From positions 82,057,504 to 82,121,503 of the forward strand of contig NC_068989.1 in the NCBI RefSeq assembly GCF_001194135.2: a stretch of DNA of 64,000 bases, given 5' to 3'. Of the stretch, positions 23,336 through 37,564 are shown one piece after another; positions within the stretch are counted from its first letter, which is position 1, and the number at the start of each line of letters is the position of its first letter. Origin of the DNA: Octopus bimaculoides (taxonomy: Eukaryota). The position numbers were made by a program, and so were the translations under genes. The notes below the pieces were generated by a model. The model was not told the DNA's origin, did no database searches, and saw only the letters and a list, made by a program, of their open reading frames with translations.

Positions 23336-25056
23336 GTCATATATGATAATCCTCCACAGCAATGTAGCTTTGTGATGATGATATAGGACAGTTATGGTAG
23401 TGGTTGTGGTGGTGGCGGTAGTATTGGTAGTAGATGTAGAGGTGGTGGTAGAAGTGGTTGTGCTGGTAGTTGTATTGGTAGGGATAATACTAGTAGTAGT
23501 AGTGAATGTGGTGGTTCAAGTAGTAGTAGTGGTGGCAGTTATAGTAGTAGTGGTAGTAATAGTATTAGTAGTTGTGGTGGTAATGTTTGTAATAGTAGTA
23601 GTTGTAGTGATAGTAGTAGTGGTGGTGGTGGTAATATTAGTAGTAGTTAGTAGTAGAGGTGGTAGTAGAAATGGCGGTGGTGGTAGAATTGGCTGTAGTG
23701 GTTGTTGAATTGGTAGGGATAGTATTGGTAGTTGTGGTAGTAGTAGTAGTGAATGTGGTGGTTCTAGTAGTAGTAGTGGTAGTGGCAGTAATAGTATTAG
23801 TAACTGTGGTGGTAGTGGCTGTGGTTGTAACAGCAGTAGTTGTAGTGATGGTAGTAGTAGTAGTAGTGATGGTAGTAGTCGTAGTAGTGGTGGTGGTGGT
23901 AGTAGTCGTAGTAGTGGTGGTGGTGATAGTAGTAGTGGTTGTGGCGATAAGAGAAATCGAGGAGTAGGAGGAAGATAGACCATGGTGAGAATATCATCTA
24001 CCTTATTGGACCAACATTGGCATCAACAGTAGAAGAGATAAAACGGAATAGAGATGAGGATGATGATGATGATGACACTGATGATGATGACGCTGATGAT
24101 GATGACGCTGATGATTGTGTGTTGATAGTGTGTGCAAGTGACAGTCCTCTCTTGAACTTTGTCCTCAAACCTCAGACCAGTAGCAGTGGCAGGGTGGAGA
24201 TGAACCCAGAATGATAAAATCTGCAGATGCTAGAATACTGTGGCATGATGTTGTAGTTGTTGTTGTTGTTGTCCTCATTCAATTATATGTAATATACAGG
24301 GAAGGGGGAGCAGAGAACATTTAATTGATAATAAAGTACAAATTTCATAATTGTCAAATGTGCTTTAGTTAAAGAGGTGGGATAGGAGAATTACATTAAT
24401 ATGTGTTTATATATATATATATATATATAATNNNNNNNNNNNNNNNNNNNNNNNNNNNNNNNNNNNNNNNNNNNNNNNNNNNNNNNNNNNNNNNNNNNNN
24501 NNNNNNNNNNNNNNNNNNNNNNNNNNNNNNNNNNNNNNNNNNNNNNNNNNNNNNNNNNNNNNNNNNNNNNNNNNNNNNNNNNNNNNNNNNNNNNNNNNNN
24601 NNNNNNNNNNNNNNNNNNNNNNNNNNNNNNNNNNNNNNNNNNNNNNNNNNNNNNNNNNNNNNNNNNNNNNNNNNNNNNNNNNNNNNNNNNNNNNNNNNNN
24701 NNNNNNNNNNNNNNNNNNNNNNNNNNNNNNNNNNNNNNNNNNNNNNNNNNNNNNNNNNNNNNNNNNNNNNNNNNNNNNNNNNNNNNNNNNNNNNNNNNNN
24801 NNNNNNNNNNNNNNNNNNNNNNNNNNNNNNNNNNNNNNNNNNNNNNNNNNNNNNNNNNNNNNNNNNNNNNNNNNNNNNNNNNNNNNNNNNNNNNNNNNNN
24901 NNNNNNNNNNNNNNNNNNNNNNNNNNNNNNNNNNNNNNNNNNNNNNNNNNNNNNNNNNNNNNNNNNNNNNNNNNNNNNNNNNNNNNNNNNNNNNNNNNNN
25001 NNNNNNNNNNNNNNNNNNNNNNNNNNNNNNNNNNNNNNNNNNNNNNNNNNNNNNNN

Positions 25057-25115
<59 letters not shown>

Positions 25116-27440
25116 TTTCAGATGAGTTACAGTACATTTTAACATGTGTTACTAATCTTGTATGGTCAGAGTAGCATTATATACAACATGCAGAAAAAAT
25201 TAAGCTTTGTGAAAATATACAATATACACGCACGCATGCATATACATATACACACACATGCTACAGTCATATACACATACACCACATATATAAACAAAGT
25301 GTGTGCTAGTTGCTGCAATGTTTCCCTTCAGCAAGAAATTATAAATAACTTTTCTGCTCGACATAGACTACCAAGCAGTAAGACAGCAGTAAAGCATGAC
25401 ACCTTGTGTCTCAGATTAACGAATGCCTTGTGAATGAGAGTTTGGAGATGGAAACTGTGTAGAAGCCATCACACAGGTCTCATGTATATTTAGACAGTCT
25501 GGTGTATGCCTGTGAAGCATTTGACTAACTTGTTTAACCCCAGGTCAACATTACTCAACAGACCTGTGATCTAAGGTGTTCTAACCACAATCGTCCAGTT
25601 TTTATCATAAAGTTTTATCTATACTATTCAATATTCTTCCAGATACCATATTTTAAGACAGTATCAGTGTGATTGAAAGGGAAGTTAGCTGTAATTTCTA
25701 GCATGTTGATTGGCCACATAAAGGGTTCTTGGTTAGTTTAGTTGCTTGTTTTGACGGGGTGACACTGTATCAGTATGTGACTGTAACCACATGTGATTGA
25801 CTATCAGTTCGTAACTGTGTCATTGTAACTGTATCAAGAGTGAGTGTAACACTGTGTGACTGTATCATTGTTGTCTAATTGCATCAGTGTATGTGTGATT
25901 GTAATACTGTATTTGTGTGTGTGTGTGTGTGTGTGTGTGTGACTGTATCAGTGTGATTATATCAGGGTGTGTAATTGTATATAACTGTATCAGTATGTAT
26001 GGTCATTGTTTGGTAGTATGTGACACATGTATTACAATGTTTATATGATGCGCATATTGTAACATCTACTTGTGACACATGAATATGATATGTATGTAAC
26101 ACAAATATGTGATGTCACGTTACATTTGTAAAACACAGACACCACACTGCACATATTGCTATGCTTGTGGTGCTTTGTGATATCATCAGTTAATGCTGCT
26201 ATGCATAACACATACTTTATAATGTCATTAGTTTATGCTGCTATATATAACACATATTTTGTGATGTCATCAGTTTATGCTATTGAAGGAATAGCTGTGG
26301 TCAGCTGTCTTTGACATCTTCAAATTCTTCTTCATCCTTAACTCCACAACATTAGAAGAATTATACACTCTGCACTGACTGATCCTTATCCACCATTGGT
26401 GCCTTTCCATGGCAAAGTTAGCAGCTTCTGTAAATCCACACATAATGCATGCATACATACATACATGTACATACACAATAAAGAAATATTATAGATCATT
26501 ACAGATTAGTTGATAAAGACTACCACCACCACCACCACCACCACTACTACTACCAACAACAACATCAGGTCCCTTTAGTTCTCTACTCAACACCCAAAAT
26601 ATATGCCCCATCCTCTTTCATCTATAAAACTGGATTCCAGGTAGAATGATGGGGAGAAGGGGAGGGGTGTAAATAAAATAAACAAAACCCCTTTTTTTCT
26701 CCCTCCATGGGGACACAACAGTCTGTCTGTGTCTGTTTAGTAGGTAAATTGTAGGCAGGGATTGGAGTGGAGATACAGTAATAGAGAGAGAGAAAACAGG
26801 AGCAGGGATAAGGAAACAGTAAGGTAACAGTTTGTGGGTGAGGGTAGAGAAAACAGTGAGGTACCAGAGACAGAGAGTGAGAGAGAGGATGTGAGAGAGA
26901 GGGTGTGAGAGCTAGAATGTGAGACAGAGAGAAAGAAAAAGTGTGTGTGTATGTAGCAGGGGTGGAAGAGGTATCGGTGGTAATATGACAAGATAAGAAA
27001 GTGTTTGTAGTATTGTTGTTGTTGTTGTTGTTGGTATCTGTGGAAGAGATTATTGCTATTAACAGATTTCAAGAAAAAGCCAGAACTTTTCTAAACAACC
27101 AATTCTGCTGCACCAGAGACAGGGAATTTTTTTTTTTTAACTGACAACAATGTGTCCCCACCACCATCACTGCTACTACACCCTCCCCACCATCTCAAGC
27201 TGTTTCAAAAAGAAAAATAGTTTTTTTTTTTTCATCTGCCTCACCAAAGATTATTTCCAAAAATTGCTGCTCTCTTAGAGGGGGTCCCCAAAGAATGATT
27301 TATCTGATAATGAAAGCAGAAGGAATGGGCTTTTTACTATACATATATTTTTTTGGAGGGCTTTCTTTACCTATTACATTTCCATTTTTGGGCAGAACCC
27401 CCGCCTCTTTCATTTTTTAAAAATTCTATTTGTGTGTAGC

Positions 27441-28093
27441 TTTTATCTTTTACTTGTTTCAACCATTAGACTGTGGCCATGCTGGGATCACTGCCTTGAA
27501 GAACTTTTAGTTGAATGAATTAACCCCAGAACTTGACATTATTTTTTAAAGCCTGGTACTTATTCTATCAGTCTCTTTTGCCAAACTGCTAAGTTACATG
27601 GATATAAACACACTGACACTGATTTTCAAGCAGTAGTGGGGGACAAACATAGACACAAACACACACACGCATGTGTGTGTATTTTCTTTTATTCTTTTAT
27701 TTGTTTCAGTCATTTGACTGTGGCCATGCTGGAGCATCGCCTTCAGTCAAACAAATCGACCCCAGGACTCATTCTTTGTAAGCCTAGAACTTATTCTAGC
27801 GGTCGCTTTTTGCCGAACCGTTAAGTTATGGGGGACTTAAACACACTCACATCGGTTGTCAAGCAATGGTGGGGGGACAAACACAGACATGCAAACACAC
27901 ACACACACACACATACACATATATATGTACAACAGGCTTCTTTCAGTTTCCATCTACCATATCCACTCACAAGGCTTTGGTCGGCTTGAGGCTATAGCTG
28001 AAGACACTTGCCCAAGGTGCCATGCCGTGGGACTGAACCCAGAACCATGTGGTTGGTAAGCAAGAGCTACTTACCACACAGCTATGCCTGCAG
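27441..28093 (-). mobile_element. Two tandem family A SINEs (partial 27441-27665; full ~27683-28093)
   Basis: Two successive ttttacttgtttc...gccatgctgg tails with family A bodies. Confidence 0.85.
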
Positions 28094-28226
28094 TTAAAAG
28101 TATATGTCTGGTCATAAAGTGACCAATGGTTTCGCATCTGGACATATACTTAACTGCATATATATATTACTGCTTTATGGTTTGGAGTGTGCTGCTTTTT
28201 CGGACACATGATACACTGATGATGCA

Positions 28227-28269
<43 letters not shown>

Positions 28270-29019
28270 AGAAAAATTCTTATAGTTACTTTTCTGTAAA
28301 AGATTGAATGGAGTTTGAACTCAGTTCCTTTGGTGCAGAAGGTGTCATTTCACAGTAAACATATAACCCTAAGTAAGCCAGTGAGTAAAGATGACCGCGT
28401 CAGAGAACAAATGCATAGAATGACCCCCACCGCCTCCTGCCATCACCACCTTTGCTGGGTTGTATGGGATTGAAAATTAAAGATTTAAATATCTCGACTG
28501 TTGCTCTCAGAATTAGCATTTAATTTGCATGAAATATTTTCAGGGCAAATCCAGGATTTACTGAATCAAGAATACAAGTTTATATTTGTGAAAATTGAGA
28601 CAGCACACAACATTTAGACATACAAGCATACAGACAAACCTGCACACACACACACACACACACAAATAGACAAACATGTAAAGTGAGCTAATGAAGGAAC
28701 CTCAAGCTGGTTGCTCAACCATTTAGAACTAAAAAAAAATCTATCCTGATTCCCACTTTATGGTTTAAAAAAGAACACATTGGACAATAAAGTCCCTAAT
28801 GTGCAGAAAGGCGGGATGATCATAGCTGGGGAACCTTTGATCTGTTAGATCAGAGTTGATTTGAAGGCTGAACAATAACAACAACAGCAGTAGCAGCAGT
28901 TACAATGAAAGAGTACCATGAGTGAGAACACAGTAATGCTCTTTTTTTTGTTTTTTATTGTTAGTTCAACTCATCGGCCGTGAGCAGGCAGGATTCATTA
29001 GCAGATCAGACAAACTGCT

Positions 29020-29395
29020 TTAGTACTGCATTTTCTGACTCTTTATGTTCTGAGTTCAAATCCTCCTGGGGTCAACTCTGCCTTCCATCCTTTCAGGGTT
29101 GATAAAATAAAGTACCAGTCATGTACTCTGGTTGATGCAATTAATTTTCTCCTCTCCTCAGATTGTTGGCATTCTGTCAGAATTAGAAAGAGTGACTTAG
29201 GCAGTGGCGGATAAAACGCATGGTGATGCTTCTTCCAGCTCTTTACATTCTGTATTCAAATACAACTGAGGTTGACTTTGCCTTTCATCCTTTCAGGATT
29301 GATAAAATAAGTACCAGCTGAACACTGGGGTCGATGTAATTGACTAACCCCACTCTCCCTTTAATTGCAGGTCTTTTGCCAAAATTTGGAACCAT
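29020..29395 (+). mobile_element. Head-to-tail pair of family B SINEs
   Basis: Two gttgactttgcctttcatcctttcagg...aagtaccag units. Confidence 0.8.
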
Positions 29396-29874
29396 TATTA
29401 TTTTAACGGAAATAGTTCTTTTTAATAGTCCCTAAATTTATAAAGTGAGTTAACAGCAAATCAGTCAACAGGCATGGGATCAATAGTTCTGGGAGTGGTG
29501 CCAGTCATTGGAGGCAGTGGTGGGAGCATTACAGAATTGATTTATGTGTCATTTAGTTTAATTTCTGGCATGAGGAAGACAATCTGTGATATATTGGTGC
29601 CTCTATCAAGGAGAATATATTTCTTTTGGAATTGGTAATAAGATCTGAATCAATGGTTCCTTGTCATTTAGGAAGAAATTTAGATAACAGAAATGCCCAC
29701 CTCTCCCAAAATAGAATTATGACAGATGTGTAATATTACTTTGATGAACTGAGAGAAGATGGATGTAAAAAGATGATGATGATGATGGTAGTGGTAGTAG
29801 TGCTCTTTTAGATTTAATAATAGAGTAAAAAAGAAAATTAAAATGGTGGTTCACAACTTTGTCTGTCTGTCTAT

Positions 29875-30250
29875 GTGCAGGCATGGCTGTGTGGTAAGAA
29901 GTTTTATTCCTAACCATATCGTTCCCGGTTCAGTACCACTGCATGACACCTTGGGCAAATGTCATCTGTTATAGCTTCAAGTTGACCAAAGCCTTGTGAG
30001 TGGAGTTAGCTGGAAATTGAAAGAAGCCTGTCGTGTGTGTATGTGTTTTTGTCCCCTGCTTGACAATTAGAGTTGGTGTGTTTACATCCCCATAACTTAG
30101 TAGTTCAGTAAATGAACACCAATAGAATAAGTACCAGGTTTTAGAACAAACAAAAACAAGTACTGGGGCTGATCCATTCAACTAAAAGTTTTTCAAGGCG
30201 GTGCCCCAGCATGGCCGCAGTCTAATGACTGAAACAAGTAAAAGATAAAG
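29875..30250 (+). mobile_element. SINE family A
   Basis: gcaggcatggctgtgtggtaag ... gactgaaacaagtaaaagataaag. Confidence 0.85.
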
Positions 30251-30496
30251 AATATAACACGTCCATCACTCTCTCTCTCTTAGTAGAGTTTATTAGAAAG
30301 ATAAATAAAAAGGAAGACTTCAAGTAAATTTAAAGAGTAGCATAGTTGAAATATGGAGCTTCTGTCTGTTTATTTAGCAACAGTCAGTTGTTAAAATGTT
30401 ACAGTGAAAACCTGATAAGAAGGAAACTAGTTGATGTGATGAAGCAGGTTAAACATTTGTTAGCAATAACATCAGTCATCAATTTAAAGATGGCTA

Positions 30497-30945
30497 AGGT
30501 ACCAAGCTGGCAGAAATGTTAGCATGCCAGGCGAAATGCTTAGCGGTATTTTGCTTGTCTTTACATTCTGAGTTCAAATTCCGCCAAGGTCGACACTGCC
30601 TTTCTTCCTTTCAGGGTCAATAAATTAAGTACCATTTGCATACTGGGGTTGATCTAATCGACTGGCCCCCACCTACCCAGAAATTTTGGGCCTTGTGCCT
30701 ATAGTAGAAAAGATTATTATTATTATTAAGGTGGTGAGCTGGCAGAATCATTCACATGCTAGGTGAAATACTTGGCAGTATTTTGTGTGTTTTCACATTC
30801 TGAGTTCAAATTCTACTGAAATCGACTTTGCCTTTCGTCCTTTCAGAGTTAATAAAATAACTACTAATTGAACACTGGGGTTGATGTAATCAACTAGTCT
30901 CCTCTCGCAAAATTTCAGGCCTTCTGCCTTTAGTAGAAAGGATTA
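30497..30945 (+). mobile_element. Head-to-tail pair of family B SINEs separated by (TTA)n
   Basis: Two aagg...agctggcagaa heads with complete bodies. Confidence 0.85.
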
Positions 30946-30984
30946 TTATTATTATTATGTGCGAGAGCAATGCATGCCATCAAA

Positions 30985-31532
30985 ATGACACTGGGGTAAA
31001 ATATACCAAGCCCAGTATACCTATCATGATTACCTGTCTGATAAGGGTACACCAGGCACATGCATCACAACCATATGTGCATGACATGGTGACCTCATTC
31101 CAAGATAAACAGTGCATGACCTTGCAGGTGGGGCCCACTTAGAATTTTCTTCAGGTTGAGTAGCCCATCCCGCTCAAGAGGTCCCGGAATAAGGGTTGTT
31201 TGAGGATGTTGAGCAAAACACCCATGTTTCCAAAAATCAATTATTCAAACCCCAAAAAATTCCTCTCAACACATGACTATGATGCTCCCCACTACTTCTG
31301 CTTGTGATCAGAGATGCACATATCGTCAGCCACCAAGGGACATGCTCAACTGGTTAAGGTCAAATAACTGACAAGCAAACCTGTGGTATTAAGCAGAATA
31401 TTTGCTATAGCCCATCTTTTATACCAAGACAAAACAATGTACATGATAACACTTCCAATCAATTAAGATCAGAAGCCATGAGAGCCACTGCCTGGTACTG
31501 CATCAGGGCATTTATTATTATTATTATTATTA
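30985..31532 (+). repeat. Dispersed repeat with a (TAT)n tail, probably a LINE 3' end or non-autonomous retroelement
   Basis: High-complexity ~550-bp block ending catcagggcatttattattattatt; family not assignable by eye. Confidence 0.45.
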
Positions 31533-31594
31533 NNNNNNNNNNACTATGTATATATGAATATGTAAGTATGTAGAAAAACATATTCCAGAATGTC

Positions 31595-31649
<55 letters not shown>

Positions 31650-31940
31650 ATAACGTTAGTATAAAATATGGGTCCAGTGAATCATGTGGCTATCACAGTA
31701 AGCTCCTCATCTGGAATTGGCTGGCTGTAATCATATGGAAGTCATATGGATAGATACATCTCTCTTCACCTCTCACACTTCTTACTTTATGCTATACACA
31801 CACATTTACAAATGTGAAACCTATGTGTGTGTGTGTGTATGGTCTGGTAGAACAAGCAGTATAAATTGAACTCAATATGAGTCTATCTATTTATCTATCT
31901 ATCTGTCTGCCTGTCTGTCTGTCTATGTGTATGTATGTAT

Positions 31941-31988
<48 letters not shown>

Positions 31989-32220
31989 TAAAACAAGTTG
32001 GAATCAGTTGATGTCTATGGAAGAAGTTAAAAACAGTCCCTTGCTTATCTTCAGAAAACATTGCTTTCTTAAGACAGAGAAATAACTAACATTCCACTGG
32101 GTCTTGTCAGAAGCCTGATAACAAGGATGGTGATGATGATAATGATGGTGGTGGTAAGTGGTTTTGAGGGGTAGAATTCCTAAAAAGGGGTTCAAATTTC
32201 TAGCATTTAAGGTTGGGAGG

Positions 32221-32274
<54 letters not shown>

Positions 32275-32769
32275 AAGAGAGTGAGAGAGAGAATGGTCCC
32301 ACTAAAGGGAACTTTTACTAGTTAGTCTTTACATGTTCTTATATGGACATTGGTGGTAGTGTTGGTGATGGTGTGGGATGCAGCTAGTCCCTGGGTGGGC
32401 AGGTAGAGTGTAGAAGACAAACAGATTACAAACACTGGCTGAAAAAACCAAGATAGGCTTTGATACTATTGATACTTTGATATCTTGACATATTATGGTT
32501 GAAACAAAACAATGGAATGGTCACAGCAAGAATGTTGTTGATCATAGAACTATGGGATCAGAGTTGGCCTGGGGTTAAACTGCGACTGCTTACAGTCACA
32601 ATCACAGTGGGTGGAGTGTCAAATGTAATCTGGTTTTAAAACCACCACCGCCGCCGCTACTGCTACTACTGTTACCACTACTGCTACTACTGTTACCACT
32701 ACTGCTATTATTACTGCAACCACCAATACCACTCTACTACCATCACTGCCTATACACTATCTCAGACAC

Positions 32770-33747
32770 ACCAATAGCAATAGGGAAATCTAAAAACTCA
32801 AAAGATTCAGGGCCACACAAAACCCCAAACATCTAAAATGTCATGATCCTGAAGAAATCACTAAACTCACCAATGTCTATCACTTGTCATGCTGACACTG
32901 TGAAATTCCAAAAATTTGGAATCCAACAGAATCCCCAAAGTCCCATCATACTGCAGCATCACCTCCCAAAGTACACCTTCAATTCAAGAAGGATTAATTC
33001 TTGACATCATTAATGTGCATATCTTATTCTCCAAATCACATGAACTCAGATCGTATTCTTGGCCACCATACAACTCACAAACACAGAAAATACATGATGA
33101 CTCCAACATCAAAAAATCTTTGCATGTGCACCTTTCTAGCTATCATTGACATCAGCAAAGCTGTTAATTCTATTCCTTGCAATTGACCGATATAAAAAAT
33201 ACCAAACACCACAAGTTACTAAGCATCTGTAGCACACAAAGAACACTTTCCAAAATCTGTAATTTCCCAGGTAGAGTACTGCAAAGATCCATCCTCTCAC
33301 CTAGTCTTTTATACCTACCTGACTTTTTCACACCTCCATAAAGCATAAACATGACCTAATACACAGATGGTATCACATTCACGTCCTACTATTCTGAAGA
33401 TACTTCCTTAAAACCCATTGTTCACCTAAAAACCTGGCTTCACCGCAACATCCTTAAAATAATACCTACCAAATCTACTGTTGCCTCTCTTACCAATAAC
33501 AACAAATATAACCAACCTTTACATTCAACAACATACACAGACCACACAAAGAGAACACTAAACTACTAAGAGTTGCATGCAACACTTTACTCTACTACTT
33601 GTTTCAGTCATTTGACTGTGGCCATGCTGTAGCACCGCCTTTAGTCGAGCAAATCGACCCCAGGACTTATTCTTATACGGGGATGTAAACACACCAGCAT
33701 CGGCTGTCAAGTGATGTTGGGGGGGGGGGGGACAAACACAGACACAC

Positions 33748-33792
<45 letters not shown>

Positions 33793-34330
33793 TATATACG
33801 ATGGGCTTCTTTCAGTTTCTGTCTACCAAATCTACTCACAAGGTCAGCCCGAGGCTATAGTAGAAGACATTTGCCCAAATTTTCCATGTAGTGGGACTGA
33901 ACCCGGAACCATGCGGTTGGTAAGCAAGCTAATTACCACACAGCCACCCCTACGCCATAATACTCGCAACAAATGTATGTGATACAAATAATTTATTTAG
34001 ATCCATCGTGGAATATGCCAGTCTTACTTAGCCTCTTGATCTCTCAACAGTAAATCACAATAAACGGCAAAAAACAGAGGGCTGTACTATGCAGTGTAGA
34101 TTGTACATAGGACAGATTCACTGATATGTCCTGTGTACAACACACACAAAAAATATTAAAAATGAAAGACCACCTGGACATGCAAGGAGCACAGTTTGTT
34201 GTTGCAACAACCTTCAGCTGTCACTATCTCTGCCACTACAGGAAAAAAAATCACCTGAAAACACTCAGACACTTATACAAGAACCTCAGGCAGAACACTC
34301 CTACAACATCCTAAAAGTACTCTCGCTCCC
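32770..34330 (+). mobile_element. Decayed Jockey/I-like non-LTR retrotransposon RT region, split by a SINE at ~33586-33958
   Basis: Frameshifted remnants AIGKSKNSK, EGLILDIIN, TFLAIIDISKAVNS, a QGSILSPSL-like stretch, and C-terminal KILKMKDHLDMQGAQF (34126-34314). Confidence 0.7.
33586..33958 (-). mobile_element. SINE family A nested in a Jockey-like LINE
   Basis: Family A motifs in reverse orientation; LINE reading frames on both sides. Confidence 0.85.
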
Positions 34331-34975
34331 ATATATCAGACAAACAAAAGGAATGCATATTTACACAGTAATGTAGCAACATCAATAACCCCATTGGCCT
34401 CAAACACTGTAATGAGATGAAAACCATTGTCAACAATAAGGGCACTGGAACAACTCAACGAGTCCATCTTGTCTATCTCAACTGTGATCACTGCTAGAAT
34501 TGAGGAGTCAAAAATATATAGACTAGAGAGTGGAGAGAGTGCAATATGTTGAGCCTTGTTAGGCCATGTCATTAATCCTTTCTGGATGCCTTTCCTGTTG
34601 CTAACCTTAACTGGTTTTCTAGCAAGCTAATACTTCCTCATCACCAGATATTTTCACAGAAAATTGGAAGTGAGGAACACTGCTTGTATGACAGTGGCAT
34701 TCATTTACAACTATCCCACAATGATAAAACAAGGAGACAGTAACACACATGCACACACACACACACATATATATACGATAGTCTTCTTTTATTTTCCTTC
34801 AAGCAAATTCACTTCCAAGACTTCGTTCATCTCAGGTCTATCCTTAGCCTTAATCCCAATGTGTCAAGCAGTAGGACTAAACCCCAAACCGTGTGTTGGA
34901 GAAGCAAACTTCTTACCATGCAGCCGTGTCTGCCCTGTATGTAATATGTATATATATATATTATATATATATATA

Positions 34976-35188
34976 CAGGGTGGCCCAAAAGTAGGTTTAC
35001 AGTTATCACGTAGGCACTTTAAATTTCTTTTAAAACATTTTATTACATTTAAGTTTCTATCTTACAATTAACTAAATTTGCATAGAATAATGGCTTCATA
35101 TTTTTTTATAATTAAGATCTAAACTGTTAATATATGAATGCGAAAGAGATAGTTGAATAACAGAAAAACCTACTTTTGGGTCACCCTG
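34976..35188. mobile_element. Tc1-like MITE, 213 bp
   Basis: TA|cagggtggcccaaaagtaggt ... acctacttttgggtcaccctg|TA: 21-bp TIR with one mismatch, TA target. Confidence 0.85.
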
Positions 35189-35200
35189 TATATATATATA

Positions 35201-35427
35201 TGAGGGGGTGCTGAAAGTTCCTAGCTTAAAGGGTATTGCAAAAAGCCTGGTTGGAGGCCCAGCCTTCCAAGTTCTTTTACAGGACTTTAAAAAAACTGAA
35301 GAACCACTGCAATAAGCGTGTGAATGTGGGAGGGGAATATGTTGAATACAAAATAATAGAATCCTAATTATCTGATCACTCCTGTATTTTCTTTTACCCA
35401 AAGACAGGAACTTTTCCGTATCCCTTG
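35201..35427 (+). mobile_element. Mariner-derived MITE
   Basis: Imperfect TIRs tgagggggtgctgaaagttcct / aggaacttttccgtatcccttg|TA; internal KKLKNHCNKRVNVGGEYVE resembles the mariner C-terminal W.KC...G.YVE. Confidence 0.75.
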
Positions 35428-36197
35428 TATATTACACACGCGTGTACGTGTACACACACACACACGTAAAGATGATGAAGAAAAATACAAGGAATTTGAA
35501 GAGTGTCAGTTGTGTGTCTATGGAAAAGCAACGTGAGAAAGTGAATGGCAGTGCCCATTATAAAGTTAGAGATGGGTTGGGATGAGACCATTTCAACTCA
35601 GTATGAAAGAACAAGTGTGATGGTTTAGTATGGTGGTGGTACTGGTGATGATGATGAAGATGGTGATGATGAATGTGAAAATAAGGCAAGTAGTGTATGA
35701 AAGTAAGAATGAAATGAAAGCTCTCTCCACAAAGCAAGTTGCCATAAAGATGATTTGAAGGGAGGCACAGAGCTGACATTGTTGATTAATTAAACTAGAA
35801 TTAGAGAACGACTGTGGAATAGATTCACATCTGTGGGTAGAGGGGAATGAGAGAGAGAGAGGGAGAGAGAGAGAGAGAGAGAGAGAGGAAGAGATAGTGG
35901 GGTGGGGAGTGAGGGGAAGGAAATAAAGCTAGCTGTTATCTAAAGATATCTCAGAGAAATTAGAACAGTAAACAGACAATTTCTCAATCAAAGTCCATCT
36001 TGTGGACATACAGTTTGGTCAGAATTACAATGTATCTTTTACAGAGTTGTCAAAAAAATAGCCAAAAAAAAAAAAAAAAAAAAAGGACAAAGAAATCTAA
36101 GATTGCAAAACTATTTATGTATGTGTCTGTGTCTATCATTTCATTCAAAAATATTCTGTGCTTTAGGTTTGAAGAAAATAATTCAATATACTCATAC

Positions 36198-36388
36198 ATA
36201 GGTGCAGTTGTAGGTATGTGGTAACAAGTTTGCTTTCAAACCATATAGATGTGGGTTCAGTCCCTCAGTCCCACTGCATGGCACCTTGGGCAAGTGTCTT
36301 CTACTATAGCCCCAGGCTAACTAAAGCTTTGTGAATGGATTTGATAACTGGAAACAGAGAAACCATGATGTGTGTGTGTGTATGTGTT

Positions 36389-36420
<32 letters not shown>

Positions 36421-36644
36421 TATATATATGCATGTTTGTGTTTGTCCCCCACCACACCACTTGACGACTGTTGTTGGTCTGTTTACAACCCTGTAACTTA
36501 GTAATCTGGCAAAAAGTGATTGATAGGATAAGTGCCAAACTTTTTTAAAAAAGCACTGGGGTTGATTTATTTGACTAAACCTTTCAAGGGCAGTGCTCCA
36601 GCTTGACCATAGCCTAATGACTGGAACAAGTGAAAGATAAGATA
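36198..36644 (+). mobile_element. SINE family A
   Basis: ggcaccttgggcaagtgtcttctactatagcc body and family A tail. Confidence 0.8.
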
Positions 36645-37337
36645 ATTATACATACATACATACACACGTTTCATATCTTCATATATATAAGGCCACTGGA
36701 ATTCCAGGTGGTGTTATTAAAGTAGACATTGGCTGAACCAGAACTGGCTGATAACTAAGTTTATATAAGCTAAACACACACATACACACACACTATTTTA
36801 AAACCTTTCTCAAGGTGTTCTATAACTTTTATATCAATATAAATATTTATACCCATTTTTATCTGTGCCAGGTGGGTTGTATATGTCTGCAAATATCAAG
36901 ATTTACATATTTCAGTGAAATCAAATACATCTGTCGGGCCTTGCTGGCATTGATCCCTAATGTAGAAATAATATCATATTGCCATGAATCATCATTAGTA
37001 TTGATTTTGGACCTTACTGATTATATTTTATCTATCGATTCTACCACATATCTCTGGTCATTCATTCAAGCTGCAAGAAACAGCAGCCAAAGTCACTCAA
37101 ATTACACTGTGATGTCTTAAGAAATGAAGTACACATTGGATAATGTAGTCATAGAAACACACAAAGTCAGGATGATTATGGCTGGAGTGCATTTGCTCAT
37201 AAGTGGTCTTGGTCGTGTCTGATCTGGGGCTAAACAACTACATGTTCAAACTGGGATTTGAATATATACCCCATTATTTCATGCATGATTCAACACTCAT
37301 ATTCCTCAGGTTTCACACAAATAAGGTCCTTAATTAG

Positions 37338-37529
37338 CTGGTCAGGTGGTAAGTGCATAAGACTGAACCCTGGTTGCTGAGTTTAATCCCATCCCACCCT
37401 CATGTGCAGATACATGAGTGAGACCTGATGACATTAACCTGTCTGAAAGCGAGATGTGGCAAACGATGTTGAAAGATGGCCAATACCAGTGTAACATTAT
37501 AACACTGGCGTTTCGAAGAGTTAGGGCAG

Positions 37530-37564
<35 letters not shown>

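Noticed and set aside
21304-24214. Long Val/Thr/Pro-rich ORFs
   Set aside because: They are translations of (GGT/GTA/GAT)n low-complexity DNA, open on both strands.
16753-37400. tRNA genes at A/B-box-like motifs
   Set aside because: These are SINE heads; no complete cloverleaf could be formed.
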